From the sequence record PQ898602.1: a DNA stretch of 64,000 bases. One strand, given 5' to 3'. Below the pieces are notes generated by a model. The model did not search any database and was not told the origin of the DNA. It was given only the letters and a program-made list of their open reading frames with translations. Every line of letters starts with the position of its first letter. Position 1 is the first letter of the stretch. The translations under genes were made by a program, and so were the position numbers. Shown here one piece after another: positions 36,801 to 45,635 of this stretch.

Positions 36801-37450
36801 ACGTCAACTGCGGTGCTGATGGTAAGATCAAGGCAAGAACAATTCAATCAACAGTTCCAACAGGAACTGCACCATTTGTTGTTGCTTCTACCACTAAAGT
36901 TACCAACCTGAATGCTGATTTACTTGATGGTCTGAATACTTCCTCCAACGACCAATCTGGCGCATCTGTTGTAACAAGATCTGGTGGTTCTTCTGAGTTC
37001 AATAAAGTCACTTGCAGAAACTTCTTACTGGAGTCTGCTGGAAGTGGATCCATGACAGTAAACAAATCAGCAACGTTTACTGAAAATGTTACCATCGGTT
37101 CTGACTCTAATAACGTAACTCTGAGACATCACGGACCATTCCTCGTTGATGATGATGCTACAACTTCTGACGCAAGACTGAAGGAAAACATTGAAACTAT
37201 TCCTGACGCACTTGATATGGTTCTAGAACTTCGTGGTGTTCAGTTCGATTGGAAATCTTCTGGTAGATCTGACATCGGTTTGATTGCACAGGAAGTTGAA
37301 GAAGTTCTCCCAGAATGTGTCACTGAAGTTGATGATGTTAAGGGTGTTAAATATGGAAATATCGTCGGTCTTTTGATCGAATCCATTAAGGAACTCAAAG
37401 GTGAGATTACCGACCTTCAGGAGGAAATCAGACAATTAAAAGGTGAATAA
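30806..37450 (+). CDS. Large tail-fibre-like virion protein with a C-terminal peptidase S74 (intramolecular chaperone) domain
   Basis: 2214 aa; G.TT/VGI beta-repeats; SDARLKENI...LRGVQFDWK...GLIAQEVEEVLPE from about 37166. Confidence 0.8.
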   Translation: MPLSRLENFLKNAEGNILYVNPSDFDATDSFENRGNSLTRPFKTIQRAIIESARFSFRAGRNNDKIDTTTILVYPGTHYIDNRPGYSIRDNGGTAEIKKLVDKKWTTIGASLTEFSEDSNFDIFDEDNDLFRYNSTEGGVILPRGTSIVGLDLRKTKIRPLYVPDPHDDQVLPTSIFRVTGTCYFTAFSIFDADPNRSAYKNSSDLKVNPSFSHHKLAVFEYADGVNDAILDNVDMGITDLDMYYAKVTYAFGSTSGRPLANYPVGKDFEPLVDEYRIVGDLRADPIGITSIKAGDGAIPTTTITVTTSEAHGLFKDTPILLSGITTNPTVYNGSIVVSDVVSNTEFTYTAKTNPSNPLPASSQISNAQVVVESDSVSSASPYIFSCTLRSVYGMNGMIADGNKATGFKSMLTAQFTGISLQKDDNAFMVFDDTTQIYNDNDTAPEEQKPLHINSTALYKRGWESTHVTAKNDSIIQCVSIFAIGFARHFVAETGGDMSITNSNSNFGAVALESTGFRNEAFDRDDVGYITHIIPPREPDPRESNITWLSLDAEKIVSAAKTERLYVFGYNSKDVPPSSQIDSYRLGAKRGEEINLEVIIGTEKSNFRSPVLMPVPSGIGTSSQKVYRVGRNAGINSISQSIFTLTDDHQLFNGEKVRLVSDTGEVPNNVEQDKLYFAFTTGLNADQIKLSSTLNDTINGTTIGGISNNGGELRIVSFVADKDPGELGHPMQFDEDESQWYLQGSSSTFFNTIYDGIVGIGTSILGNQTGATFVTRRLDNRGLEDRLYKFRYVIPKEFSNARPPSDGFILQESNTVGFGSASYLTSALANTTQLRNPTIITDASYVGQEVTIRTEQPHHFVAGDTVKIQNVRSTNNLTSNVQIPFNGEYPIYTVPSTRTFTIAGITTDPGTFLNETNQRTTQQQVDALPTVQRLKYKDSIFVYRSQEIKSLIPGTDGQDGIYLVTPICGSIKPIDEIGYGVSERRFNQDVRNLYPQQDRDNYNSDPEGTTSLAKLSPLGKVTTNSKQKSVTKEALNYFFENNQIGYAITGGVVSGAGNTTLTIFLDTEHTLNSIKELSIITDGAGYNNNTGLSTTLYSTELSNSLIVGSNAAVRAEVSAANTVSSVSIVSAGGAYAIGNTMTVSASPAGAPSVSAVVEVTDINNNIGDAIELTGFPDDAFNDIFEIREIPSTKAIVLEKRGSVGLGVTFPERNDVRKPLAYVSSPRVGIATVDFTDAVGIATVTTLTAHGLQPGNTFTFSGFTAGGGITTNTFFERKFIANEVPGITTFIFNAGITTENPERDFGTAGVLKFNFSSNGRALGLGEENLNGRGSTFYAGITTTLSTIVTTTDTTITPTDTAGFYKGDYVQIGAEIMRISNNASSGTFAVLRGQFSTTAAVHQADELIKKVRVLPMEIRRHSILRASAHTFEYLGFGPGNYSTGLPLKQDRILTDEEVLVSQAREQDGGTVVYTAMNDRGEFFTGVTKISAATGEEEVIEAPIVTYFGDDIESELTRRNNGVFDDLVVKNRITVEGGENNNQTSQFYGPVNFSQKVTSSSEDGLETKDLYIKGLASQPKLITVGISTPIDAKRVGDISLLATPDKGGHLGHIYADGDWRRFGMISEEKNRDFLVIDQMGIGEKGGVFDFTDELEVNGNVKVKDLRVEGNVTFAGNQAIGNASFDKITVNQTATFGGINTNYSILHTDTTDIAQFGNLEVTGYAATFASSGADQEWLTIQRRLHSTYTGVSTFDGTLKVGNIVSNTGILSVSNAEIDDLYATVGTIDTLYAQSGIITSLRVSSISGDPKAGAGLTIYANAGIITSITGVAATITKGDFTELFATNASISNRFFADDARVNTGLATNFKSTNATLTNAFVNVGVVTTLVVPSTGYQGSTVDGWIGAPTAYINSGIVTTIQGTDSTYVNVVGSTKVTSPLFQGQDTNNPSGAGKLFIQNAQVASRLWLNGTADSEGIRSVVGVITYLGPNAKSDLGNLSAGNMHVNCGADGKIKARTIQSTVPTGTAPFVVASTTKVTNLNADLLDGLNTSSNDQSGASVVTRSGGSSEFNKVTCRNFLLESAGSGSMTVNKSATFTENVTIGSDSNNVTLRHHGPFLVDDDATTSDARLKENIETIPDALDMVLELRGVQFDWKSSGRSDIGLIAQEVEEVLPECVTEVDDVKGVKYGNIVGLLIESIKELKGEITDLQEEIRQLKGE

Positions 37451-37484
37451 ATAATCGTGAACGTTCATTCATTATTTCTACGTC

Positions 37485-37676
37485 ATGTCTGAAGAAACTA
37501 AATCAATCTCTGATTACATTACTGAACTCACTGAGAAAGCAACAGAACTTCAAGGTGAGTTGATGGATCTTGAGAAACAATTCAACGTTAAGAAAGAAGA
37601 GTTTATCAAGATCCAAGGAGCAATCGAGGCATTCCAAATTGCTAACTCTAGAGGCACTCCAGATATAGCAGTCTGA
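37485..37676 (+). CDS. Small coiled-coil protein (possible fibre-assembly helper)
   Basis: 63 aa with heptad pattern; AATAAATA late-like motif upstream. Confidence 0.6.
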   Translation: MSEETKSISDYITELTEKATELQGELMDLEKQFNVKKEEFIKIQGAIEAFQIANSRGTPDIAV

Positions 37677-37710
37677 TTGAAACTCCACAGAGTAATTATA
37701 GTTAAATACT

Positions 37711-37756
37711 ACGGGGTCTGTCAAGTGTTGACTGCCCCGTTTTTCTTTGGTATATT
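37711..37756 (+). terminator. Terminator hairpin overlapping a sigma70 promoter
   Basis: ACGGGG/CCCCGT outer stem plus T-run; TTGACT (37728-37733), 17 nt, TATATT (37751-37756). Confidence 0.65.
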
Positions 37757-37762
37757 ATGAAA

Positions 37763-38035
37763 ATGAACCAACAACCTTTCGATCCCAACCAATACCCTGG
37801 ATTCTGGGAACAAATGAATAACTTCAAAGATTTTTTGAAGGAAGTCGGTCAAGGAGTTGCCGAAGATGGAACTCTATGGTCTGATAAAACTATGGAAGAA
37901 AGAAGACAATACACTTGTGAAAGGTGTACTGAATTTGATCATCAAAGACTGAGATGTACGGCATGTGGTTGTTTCATGAAAGCAAAGTGGAAGTTTGAAC
38001 GTAGTAAATGCCCACTCGATAAGTGGGAAAAATGA
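37763..38035 (+). CDS. Hypothetical protein with Cys motifs (possible Zn binding)
   Basis: CERC...CTACGC...CP; the track start 37757 abuts the -10 box, so ATG 37763 is preferred. Confidence 0.65.
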   Translation: MNQQPFDPNQYPGFWEQMNNFKDFLKEVGQGVAEDGTLWSDKTMEERRQYTCERCTEFDHQRLRCTACGCFMKAKWKFERSKCPLDKWEK

Positions 38036-38220
38036 AAAAAGAATCAGAAGAATTGAATTACTTGGAATGTTCTAAAGAACCAGAAAATCCTACAATACCT
38101 CTAGTAATTTCTCTTATTGTTGTTTTTTTCTTTGGAATCGGCATTATTATGCTGGGTTATTTCAAAGGTAATATGCACCTCATTACTACACTCAAGAACG
38201 CCTACAATGCCTATTCTTAA
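38032..38220 (+). CDS. Small membrane protein
   Basis: One hydrophobic helix; ATG overlaps the upstream stop. Confidence 0.55.
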   Translation: MKKESEELNYLECSKEPENPTIPLVISLIVVFFFGIGIIMLGYFKGNMHLITTLKNAYNAYS

Positions 38221-38476
38221 CTTCCTTCTCGCTGTAACTTTATGGGTACAAGTACCACAATGGTCCGATGATTGGTCAAATTGCGCTGTGGATGTTCCTG
38301 ACAGCAGTTGTCACTGGTATATTCCTGCTCCCGATAATACTTTTGGCGACGGATTTGATTGGGCAACTGCCCCCTGGTATTCTGTAGAAGGTCTACAAGA
38401 TATTGCAAACTTACATGACGAAGTTGTTTCACAAGGGCACCAATATACGTTAGAATCGTTGCAGGATAGGGACTAA
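38207..38476 (+). CDS. Putative secreted Trp/Asp-rich small protein
   Basis: MPILNFLLAVTLW signal-like N-terminus within track ORF 38117-38476. Confidence 0.6.
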   Translation: MPILNFLLAVTLWVQVPQWSDDWSNCAVDVPDSSCHWYIPAPDNTFGDGFDWATAPWYSVEGLQDIANLHDEVVSQGHQYTLESLQDRD

Positions 38477-38477
38477 T

Positions 38478-40103
38478 ATGTGTGGGATCGCTGTCGTCTA
38501 CTCTAAGAAAGAAAAGATTCACCACAACTTAATTAAGATCGCTGAGAAAGAATTATCTCCCAGGGGTCCAGTATCATCCACCCATTATCTTGGTGATGAT
38601 GTTTATATGTTCCAGTCTGTCTTGCCTATTCAGACTGAAAGAGTTGATGAAGAAAGATGCGTGTATCTTCCGCAGAACTTCAAGGTAACTCTTTACAATG
38701 GTGAGATATATGACGATCATGAATATACAAGTGACACTGAGTTAATCCAAGAAACTAAGGATCTTTCTGGTACTTTGAATCATACAGATGGAATGTTTGC
38801 TGTCTGTGTTGTAGAAAGATTCGGAAATTGGTTTGATGTTGCTGGTTATCGTGATCTACATGGTGAGAAGAGATTATTTTATTACGATAGTCCTAACCTC
38901 TTTATTGTATCTTCTACACCTAGATTCATCCTCAAAGTTATGGAGGAGTATCAGGAACCAGTTCGTGTCAATGAAGTTGCGTTGAAAGATTATTATGTAA
39001 CGAGACATTATATTTCAAACTCAACATCAATCAAAGGGATCTATCAGTTACCAATAGGATCGAAACTTTGTTTTAATGGTTATTCGTCTGTAGTTCCAAT
39101 CTGGACTCCTAGAAAGTATCTAAACAAAGATCTAACAAAAGAATTAAATCAACTCACCTATCAACAATACTCTAAGTTTACCCGTGATTTGTTGGTAAAA
39201 ACTATCAACAAGATGCATGAGAATGTTATGCCTCATGTCGCAACATATTCTGCGATAAGTGGTGGTGTTGATTCGTCGATTGTCACTGCAATGTTAGAAG
39301 AATCTAGTATTAAGATTCAACGTGCAATGACAATTACATTCAATGAAAAAGATCGTGTTGCACTATATGCGTGGAAGTTATTCAATAAACTAAAGTGTAA
39401 ACAATTAGTGCGAAATGTTGATATTGAAGAGTATTATTCTTCGTACCTTCATTGTATAGAACAACTCTGTAGTCCTGTCGTTGCACATGATGTTCCGTCT
39501 GCAAATCTCATGTATGAGATGATGGAACCTGAGTCTATTTTGTATGGTGGTGAAGGCGCAGATGAATTATTTCTCGGGTATAAGTATTACGAAAACTGCA
39601 TAAAATCTGAGTATGCACAACCAGTTCGTAATCGATTCGAGTTATCTTTTGGTCAGGAAATCAATGAAGATTATGATTATGCGTTCGACTTTTTCTTAGA
39701 TTGTGGGTATAATACCAAAGATGCACATGTCAAAGCATGTTCATTCATAGATTATTTCCATCAATTACCTAACTCAACCTTCCAAGTTCTTGACCTTATT
39801 GGTTCACATTATGGAATCGAATGTAGGACACCATTTGCTCGAAAGGAAGTCGTTATCTTTGGACTAAATTCTCCAGTCCATCATATTATCGGGAAAAAAC
39901 CACTCAACGATATATTTGAAAACTATTTCAAAGTCTATCCATTTCCTAAACAAGGATTCAGTGGTTATCCAAATGAACTCTATCAGTTTGCTACAACAGA
40001 TTTTGATAGAAGTAAAAACATCTTCGGTAGTTACGATATAGATAGAGTTACTGAGTGGAAATACATTAACACTGAGTTCTTTCTGGAGCAATTTGACTTA
40101 TGA
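38478..40103 (+). CDS. Asparagine-synthetase-B-like glutamine amidotransferase
   Basis: MCGI Ntn-Cys, YNGEIY, DGMFA, SGGVDSS, GGEGADELFLGY, ECRTPF. Confidence 0.85.
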   Translation: MCGIAVVYSKKEKIHHNLIKIAEKELSPRGPVSSTHYLGDDVYMFQSVLPIQTERVDEERCVYLPQNFKVTLYNGEIYDDHEYTSDTELIQETKDLSGTLNHTDGMFAVCVVERFGNWFDVAGYRDLHGEKRLFYYDSPNLFIVSSTPRFILKVMEEYQEPVRVNEVALKDYYVTRHYISNSTSIKGIYQLPIGSKLCFNGYSSVVPIWTPRKYLNKDLTKELNQLTYQQYSKFTRDLLVKTINKMHENVMPHVATYSAISGGVDSSIVTAMLEESSIKIQRAMTITFNEKDRVALYAWKLFNKLKCKQLVRNVDIEEYYSSYLHCIEQLCSPVVAHDVPSANLMYEMMEPESILYGGEGADELFLGYKYYENCIKSEYAQPVRNRFELSFGQEINEDYDYAFDFFLDCGYNTKDAHVKACSFIDYFHQLPNSTFQVLDLIGSHYGIECRTPFARKEVVIFGLNSPVHHIIGKKPLNDIFENYFKVYPFPKQGFSGYPNELYQFATTDFDRSKNIFGSYDIDRVTEWKYINTEFFLEQFDL

Positions 40104-40648
40104 GAAACTGGAAAAAAGAGTTTGGAGAACTTCCCGCCGAAGAATTAGACAAGGTTGCTATGCTTCGACTGATTGAATGTACTAACGGAATCATTCAATA
40201 TGCCCATCGAGATGAGGAAGAATGGGCACTCCCAATCGATCAAACTAGGGAGGCGATGCAATACTCTATGGGATCGATTAAGAGGATGCAAATTGATCTT
40301 AAAGAGAGATCAGTTACATTCGAGGAACCTACGGAAAATCTATTCAAAGCAATCCGAGATCTTTACATCGAGGGTGTAAAGATGGGAAACGATGAAGCAT
40401 TCGAGAAGTTTTTAGATGCTTCAAGAACTAATCTTCTTGTCTGTGGTAAAGAACGACTGCTAAAAATGTTGTCAGTTGTTAGAGAAGAAGTCCCAGGAGT
40501 TATCGGAGAACGTGTAGACTGGGGGATGAATTATATTTGGAGTTTCTGTGGTTGGAACATGGCAGAATTATGTGGTGGTGAGATCGACTACAGAACTGGA
40601 GAAGAATATGCTGAAACATCTAAACCTGATATTGGATTCGGACGATGA
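40100..40648 (+). CDS. Hypothetical protein
   Basis: 182 aa; ATGA overlap with the AsnB-like gene. Confidence 0.7.
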   Translation: MRNWKKEFGELPAEELDKVAMLRLIECTNGIIQYAHRDEEEWALPIDQTREAMQYSMGSIKRMQIDLKERSVTFEEPTENLFKAIRDLYIEGVKMGNDEAFEKFLDASRTNLLVCGKERLLKMLSVVREEVPGVIGERVDWGMNYIWSFCGWNMAELCGGEIDYRTGEEYAETSKPDIGFGR

Positions 40649-40735
40649 ATGATTTCTTAGATAATCTTGGTGCAGAACAATACCAAAAGATCGTAAAAAA
40701 AATTCTTGAGAAACAACAACAGGAGAAAGAACAAG

Positions 40736-40903
40736 ATGGTAAAGAGTCGCGATCTGCCAACTGAGTATTACAAAGTTGGTTATTATCTCGGGGATCATCA
40801 TCGTTTCGCCACATATTTCACACTAGAAGCAGCACAAGAAGCGATGATGAGAATGATCGAGAGAGGGATCAGAGTCACTGGACTCGCATCTGCCATGCTG
40901 TGA
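40736..40903 (+). CDS. Small hypothetical protein
   Basis: AGGAG upstream of ATG 40736 within track ORF 40706-40903. Confidence 0.5.
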   Translation: MVKSRDLPTEYYKVGYYLGDHHRFATYFTLEAAQEAMMRMIERGIRVTGLASAML

Positions 40904-41106
40904 CACCCTACAAGGTGTCTACAGGACGTGCCAGGGGTCTCTGATCCGTGTATATTAAGGAAGTGGAGGGGAACAGGACACCCGATCATCACTCCTAGTG
41001 AGTCAGTTGGCAACTCTACTGCTGATGATAAACTCCACAACACACGAGAGGTAAACTAAAATGTGTCTCCTTCCGCGAGACCGCCTCTCCCACACTTTCT
41101 TAACTA

Positions 41107-41525
41107 TGGGCACTCGTTCACGCATCGGTAAGCAACTCGCAGACGGATCTATTCTTTCTGTCTATTGCCATTACGATGGTTATCCTGAGTTCAATGGTCG
41201 CGTTCTCCGCGATTATTTCTCCACTAATGATAAGGTTTCTGACCTGATTGATGGTGGTGATATGTCTTGCACCTGGACAAATGCGGGTTGGAACAATGAA
41301 ACTCTTGAGGAAAATGGTCCTCTTCATTACACTTCCCGTGGTGAATCTATTGTGAACAATGCACCGACGATTCACGATTCCATGATGGATTTCTTGGAAA
41401 ATGGTGAAGAGTTTGGTTATGTGTTTGCAAACGGAGAGTGGACCTGTTATGATACTAAGACCTGGAGCGATACATACAAGCAACAGGTTGCAATTCCCGC
41501 AGGAGGCATTACCGATGGAAACTAA
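41107..41525 (+). CDS. Conserved phage hypothetical protein
   Basis: MGTRSRIG...SVYCHYDGYP motif common in phage proteins. Confidence 0.75.
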
Positions 41526-41526
41526 A

Positions 41527-41652
41527 ATGATCCAAGTTAAGTATTACTTCAAGGAACATCCTAAAACATCTCTTTCTGTCTTTCTAAAAGATCAGAAAGA
41601 GGTTGATGCCTTCAAACAAAAACATCCTAACTATGTGTATGTTGAGGCATGA
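41527..41652 (+). CDS. Small hypothetical protein
   Basis: MIQVKYYFKEHPK...; start may be 41515. Confidence 0.5.
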   Translation: MIQVKYYFKEHPKTSLSVFLKDQKEVDAFKQKHPNYVYVEA

Positions 41653-42061
41653 CTTATGGACATTCTGTTGATTTTATTGGACATTTTCAAGATGTCGATT
41701 GCTACCTGTAGATGGGGTGATTTGACTGAAGAAGATGCTCAAATCGTAACGAATGCTCCCTTTCTAAAAGTGTTTCACGCCTCTGTACTTCGCAGAGGTC
41801 CATTTACTGATTCTCTCACAACTTCTGTAGAATGAACAACGAAAAGTACAACGATTTCGATGAACTCTATGATGTTTTCATGGAGGCAGGTAGCGATGAA
41901 TGGTTGCTACCAGAATGTGGAGTTGAGGAAAAATTTGATAGTGAAACAATGAAAATGCTCAAGGATTTTTGAGCATTGTGACAATCGAATAACCTGCACA
42001 GACCTCTTGCCTTCACTGGTGAGAGGTTTTATATTGTATTCATACAAAAGAAACGAGGTCA

Positions 42062-43246
42062 ATGCAACTCCGTCCCCATCAGATTCGCATCCTTGATCGT
42101 ATGCGGAACTACAAAAAAGGTAAGATCATTGTTCCTACTGGTGGTGGTAAAACAATGTGTATGATTCAAGATACTGCACATTCTCAACAATCTAAGTGTG
42201 GTTCTACCACCATTGTTGTTGCTCCTCGTATTCTCCTTGCAGAACAACTTTGCAGTGAGTTTCTGGAAGTTCTGAACGTAAAATATGCCCATGTGATGCA
42301 CGTTCACTCAGGTGAAACTCATCACTTCTCTACCACTAACCCTGAGAAGATTCACGTCTTTGCTAACACTGCCCGTGAGGTTGGTGAGGATGTTCTGATC
42401 TTCACAACTTACAACTCACTGCAACGTATTGCTGATGCAGATATTGAAGTCAATAACATTTACTTTGACGAGGCACACAACTCTGTAAAGAAGAACTTCT
42501 TCCCCGCGACTGAACATTTCAGTGGTGAATCTGATCGTTGTTTCTTCTTCACTGCGACACCAAAACAATCCCTTACTCATAAGAAACCAGGGATGAATTG
42601 GGGTCATGTTTATGGTCAGACTCTGGTCAATGTTCCTGCTCCTGAGTTGGTTGAAGGTGGTTACATTCTTCCTCCTAAAGTTGTAGTCAAACAACTGGAC
42701 ATGGTTCAAGATAAGATGAAAGTCTGGTCCCGTGATTGTGACTTTCTGATGAAGACTATTGATGACCAACAGACTGACAAAGTTCTGGTCTGTGCTCGTA
42801 CTACGAAACAGATTATCGGTCTTCTGACTGACTCTGACTTCCGTACAGATATTGCATCTCGTGGTTACTCTTGGATGACAATCACCAGTAAGACTGGTGC
42901 TATCATTGATGGTAAAAAAGTCAATCGTGAAGTCTTCTTCGATACTTTGAACGCATGGGGGAAAGATCCTAACAAAAAGTTTGTGGTTCTTCATCACTCT
43001 ATTCTGTCCGAAGGTATCAACGTCAACGGACTGGAGAGTGTCATTTTCCTCCGCAACATGGACTACATTGGTATCAGTCAGTCTATCGGTCGTGTGATCC
43101 GTCTGGGTGACACTTCTAAGACCTTTGGATTGGTCTGCGTCCCTGTTTACGACTCTGTGGGTATCACCACCTCCAAAAAAGTTCAGGCGGTTGTTGATAC
43201 TGTCTTCGAGAAAGGTCTCCCTGCAATCTCTGAAATCCGTCGATGA
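42062..43246 (+). CDS. SF2 DEAH-box helicase-like protein
   Basis: LRPHQ, PTGGGKT, FDEAH, FTAT, LSEGIN, QSIGRVIR; preceded by TTGCCT (42007-42012), 17 nt, TATATT (42030-42035). Confidence 0.9.
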   Translation: MQLRPHQIRILDRMRNYKKGKIIVPTGGGKTMCMIQDTAHSQQSKCGSTTIVVAPRILLAEQLCSEFLEVLNVKYAHVMHVHSGETHHFSTTNPEKIHVFANTAREVGEDVLIFTTYNSLQRIADADIEVNNIYFDEAHNSVKKNFFPATEHFSGESDRCFFFTATPKQSLTHKKPGMNWGHVYGQTLVNVPAPELVEGGYILPPKVVVKQLDMVQDKMKVWSRDCDFLMKTIDDQQTDKVLVCARTTKQIIGLLTDSDFRTDIASRGYSWMTITSKTGAIIDGKKVNREVFFDTLNAWGKDPNKKFVVLHHSILSEGINVNGLESVIFLRNMDYIGISQSIGRVIRLGDTSKTFGLVCVPVYDSVGITTSKKVQAVVDTVFEKGLPAISEIRR

Positions 43247-43370
43247 ATTATTCTAAACCAGAGAGTATCCATCAAAAGAAAATACGCGAGTCATGGATGA
43301 AGTTAATCGAAAAAGATCCCATCCTTGTTATTGATTTGAAGACCCTTAAACTTCGCCCCTGCAAATACCA

Positions 43371-43919
43371 ATGAAAAAAGATTGGACAATCTATTGCGAG
43401 AAGACATTCAACAATCTTCGCGCCAATGCACACAACTGGGGTAAAAGTAAGGAGTGGGATCGAGCAATCACCCGTGACTTTTACCTCGGTGTGTTTGATT
43501 CTGGCAACCCTAATTTCAGTGGGTTGATTAGCGAGAACGCACTAAACAATAAACTGAATAAGAAGAAAACTACCAACGATCATTGTTACTCACCTCAACA
43601 AGTTGGTAGACAGGTGATGGATCAACAGGATATTTTTCTGGAAAACTATACTAAATTCAAAAACCTATTCTTTTACTGCACCCGACAGATTGTGGTGACT
43701 CAGAAAGAGAATGATGAATTATCTTATCTAACACAGAACGATGAGAATGGGTTCCGATTGTTGTGCCCTACTCATCTTAAATATAAACAACTGGGTATCA
43801 AATTGTATCAACGACCTGAAGGTAAAGTTCGATGGAATAGTGCCATGCCCGTTGATTGTAACATCCTAGAAGTTCTCCCAGAACATACAGAATACGAGAA
43901 AAAGTTTTTAGTTGTATGA
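43371..43919 (+). CDS. Hypothetical protein
   Basis: 182-aa ORF. Confidence 0.65.
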   Translation: MKKDWTIYCEKTFNNLRANAHNWGKSKEWDRAITRDFYLGVFDSGNPNFSGLISENALNNKLNKKKTTNDHCYSPQQVGRQVMDQQDIFLENYTKFKNLFFYCTRQIVVTQKENDELSYLTQNDENGFRLLCPTHLKYKQLGIKLYQRPEGKVRWNSAMPVDCNILEVLPEHTEYEKKFLVV

Positions 43920-44275
43920 GTTACTACAACCACAATTCATCACTCTTTGATCCTAAACCTGTGAGAGATTATGTTTCTCACGATGGAATGTTTGCTGTCA
44001 TTCCATGTGGAAATAAGTGGATGTTAATTGTTAATGGTGATCAGATGGGAGTATCATCTTCCTTTGAGATTGCCATGCGTCGATTAGAAAAATTAAAAAA
44101 CACACATTCTAAATCGAAGAAACGCACAAAGACTCCCGCGAAACCAAAATCAAAGAAAATTCAAAATAAACACTTACTTCACCCCAGTGGTGGCAATGGA
44201 TCTCAGGGACGTGGTGGACAGTTGAAACAAGTGGACACCGATCCCGCCAATCCCCTGCTAAATGCACTATCTTAA
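43916..44275 (+). CDS. Hypothetical protein with a basic C-terminus
   Basis: ATGA overlap; the 3' end runs over a promoter, so the true stop is uncertain. Confidence 0.55.
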   Translation: MSYYNHNSSLFDPKPVRDYVSHDGMFAVIPCGNKWMLIVNGDQMGVSSSFEIAMRRLEKLKNTHSKSKKRTKTPAKPKSKKIQNKHLLHPSGGNGSQGRGGQLKQVDTDPANPLLNALS

Positions 44276-44293
44276 ACAAGTTGAGGTTAATTC

Positions 44294-44506
44294 ATGACTA
44301 CCAAGACCAAACGAGTTTGTGTTACTCCCCTGTCTCGTAAAGCAAAGAATCGCTTTGCTAATGAGATGGATTTGTTTCACACTTGCAATGTTGAGATCGA
44401 ACGTGAACATGAAGGTCAAAAATGGTGGTATCTTCAGTCACTGAATAAGTCTTACTATTTCTGGGTTCCTGCTAAAGGTAACGATGATTGGAAAGTGGAG
44501 CGATGA
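44294..44506 (+). CDS. Small hypothetical protein
   Basis: 70 aa downstream of a dyad-type promoter. Confidence 0.7.
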   Translation: MTTKTKRVCVTPLSRKAKNRFANEMDLFHTCNVEIEREHEGQKWWYLQSLNKSYYFWVPAKGNDDWKVER

Positions 44507-44799
44507 TCGATGGATTTCTCCACGAACCACCAACGGACGATCACTATTACGAGGAAGTTTGCTTTAAGACTAATGTTATTGCAATCTTTCTTGTATATCG
44601 CCCTGGGTATTTGTTCAATAATCACAATCCACATCGTACTATCTGGGGATTCTACAACACCAAGAAAAACCAGTTTCATGCTCCAATCAACTGCAAAAAG
44701 GTTGGTAGTGTAGTAGACATCAGGGACACAACTCCATTCACCGCAATGCAGTTGAACCTAGAACATTTCAATCCTTTAGAACTCGCACTCTTCACATGA
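44503..44799 (+). CDS. Hypothetical protein
   Basis: ATGA-coupled start within track ORF 44488-44799. Confidence 0.65.
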   Translation: MIDGFLHEPPTDDHYYEEVCFKTNVIAIFLVYRPGYLFNNHNPHRTIWGFYNTKKNQFHAPINCKKVGSVVDIRDTTPFTAMQLNLEHFNPLELALFT

Positions 44800-44956
44800 C
44801 CCGTTTCGAGATTACTTACTCTGCTTCAGGTATTCCACTCACTAAGAGTGTTGTTGAGGCGATCAATATACCTGCAGCAGAAAACATTCATAAGTCAATG
44901 TATGGAGGATTGCCTGGTTATGTTCTCCAGTTTATCTCCGTTCTCTCAAACGGGCA

Positions 44957-44985
44957 TTGACATCACTAAATAAATCTTTTACAAT
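44957..44985 (+). promoter_or_regulatory. Sigma70-type promoter with an embedded late-like motif
   Basis: TTGACA (44957-44962), 17 nt containing CTAAATAAAT, TACAAT (44980-44985). Confidence 0.7.
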
Positions 44986-45007
44986 TCAGGAGAACTTTAT
45001 CAAAACA

Positions 45008-45247
45008 ATGGCATCTAAGTATCTTTACATTGTCGATCACTTCTGCCCCTTTCCTGTTTCTGAATATGGTGGAATCTGGAACGTGATTGCTACTGACGAC
45101 GAAGAATGTTTCGATCTCATTACTAATGTTGATGAAGACTTTAATCAGCAACATTACGGGACTCTGAGGAAACATATTCAAGATGCTAGAGTGTATCTCC
45201 TGGGTGAAGATGAGGAGTCCTGTGTAGTCGAATCTTTTACCACATGA
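45008..45247 (+). CDS. Small acidic hypothetical protein
   Basis: AGGAG RBS, ATG 45008 in frame with track ORF 44957-45247. Confidence 0.7.
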   Translation: MASKYLYIVDHFCPFPVSEYGGIWNVIATDDEECFDLITNVDEDFNQQHYGTLRKHIQDARVYLLGEDEESCVVESFTT

Positions 45248-45635
45248 CATTTTCAGACCACGAATGTAGTGTACTGTTTAAAGCAGTTAAATACTACTCA
45301 GATAATGGAATTAGTGACGCATCAATCAGACACAAAAATGAAACAAACGATTTGATGTTGAAACTCTTTCCATTGCGGAAAGATAATGGCATAATTCCTG
45401 GATATAGAGTGGAGGAAGAATGAAAAACTTAGATCCAAACTTTAGGGACGAAGAGCGTCAAAAAGAGGACAACAAACAAAAGAATGATGTAATGATGATG
45501 CTGATGGGTGAGATGCTCAATAACCCAAATGTGAAAGAAGATGATAACATGAAAAAACTATTAGATCACCTTGATAAACACTTTGAGGTGGACGGATAAC
45601 CTAGTGTCACAACACCCCTTGCAAAAGGGGTTTTT

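Noticed and set aside
38207-40103. Lasso-peptide cluster (small peptide plus AsnB homolog)
   Set aside because: The enzyme keeps the N-terminal Cys glutaminase domain, which lasso cyclases lack. No B1/B2 peptidase is present, and the peptide has a signal sequence rather than a lasso leader.
41649-41835. Possible stop-codon readthrough or recoding in short broken frames
   Set aside because: An alternative frame (ATG 41656 to 41835) is open, and all core genes end at standard stops, so there is no evidence for a reassigned code.
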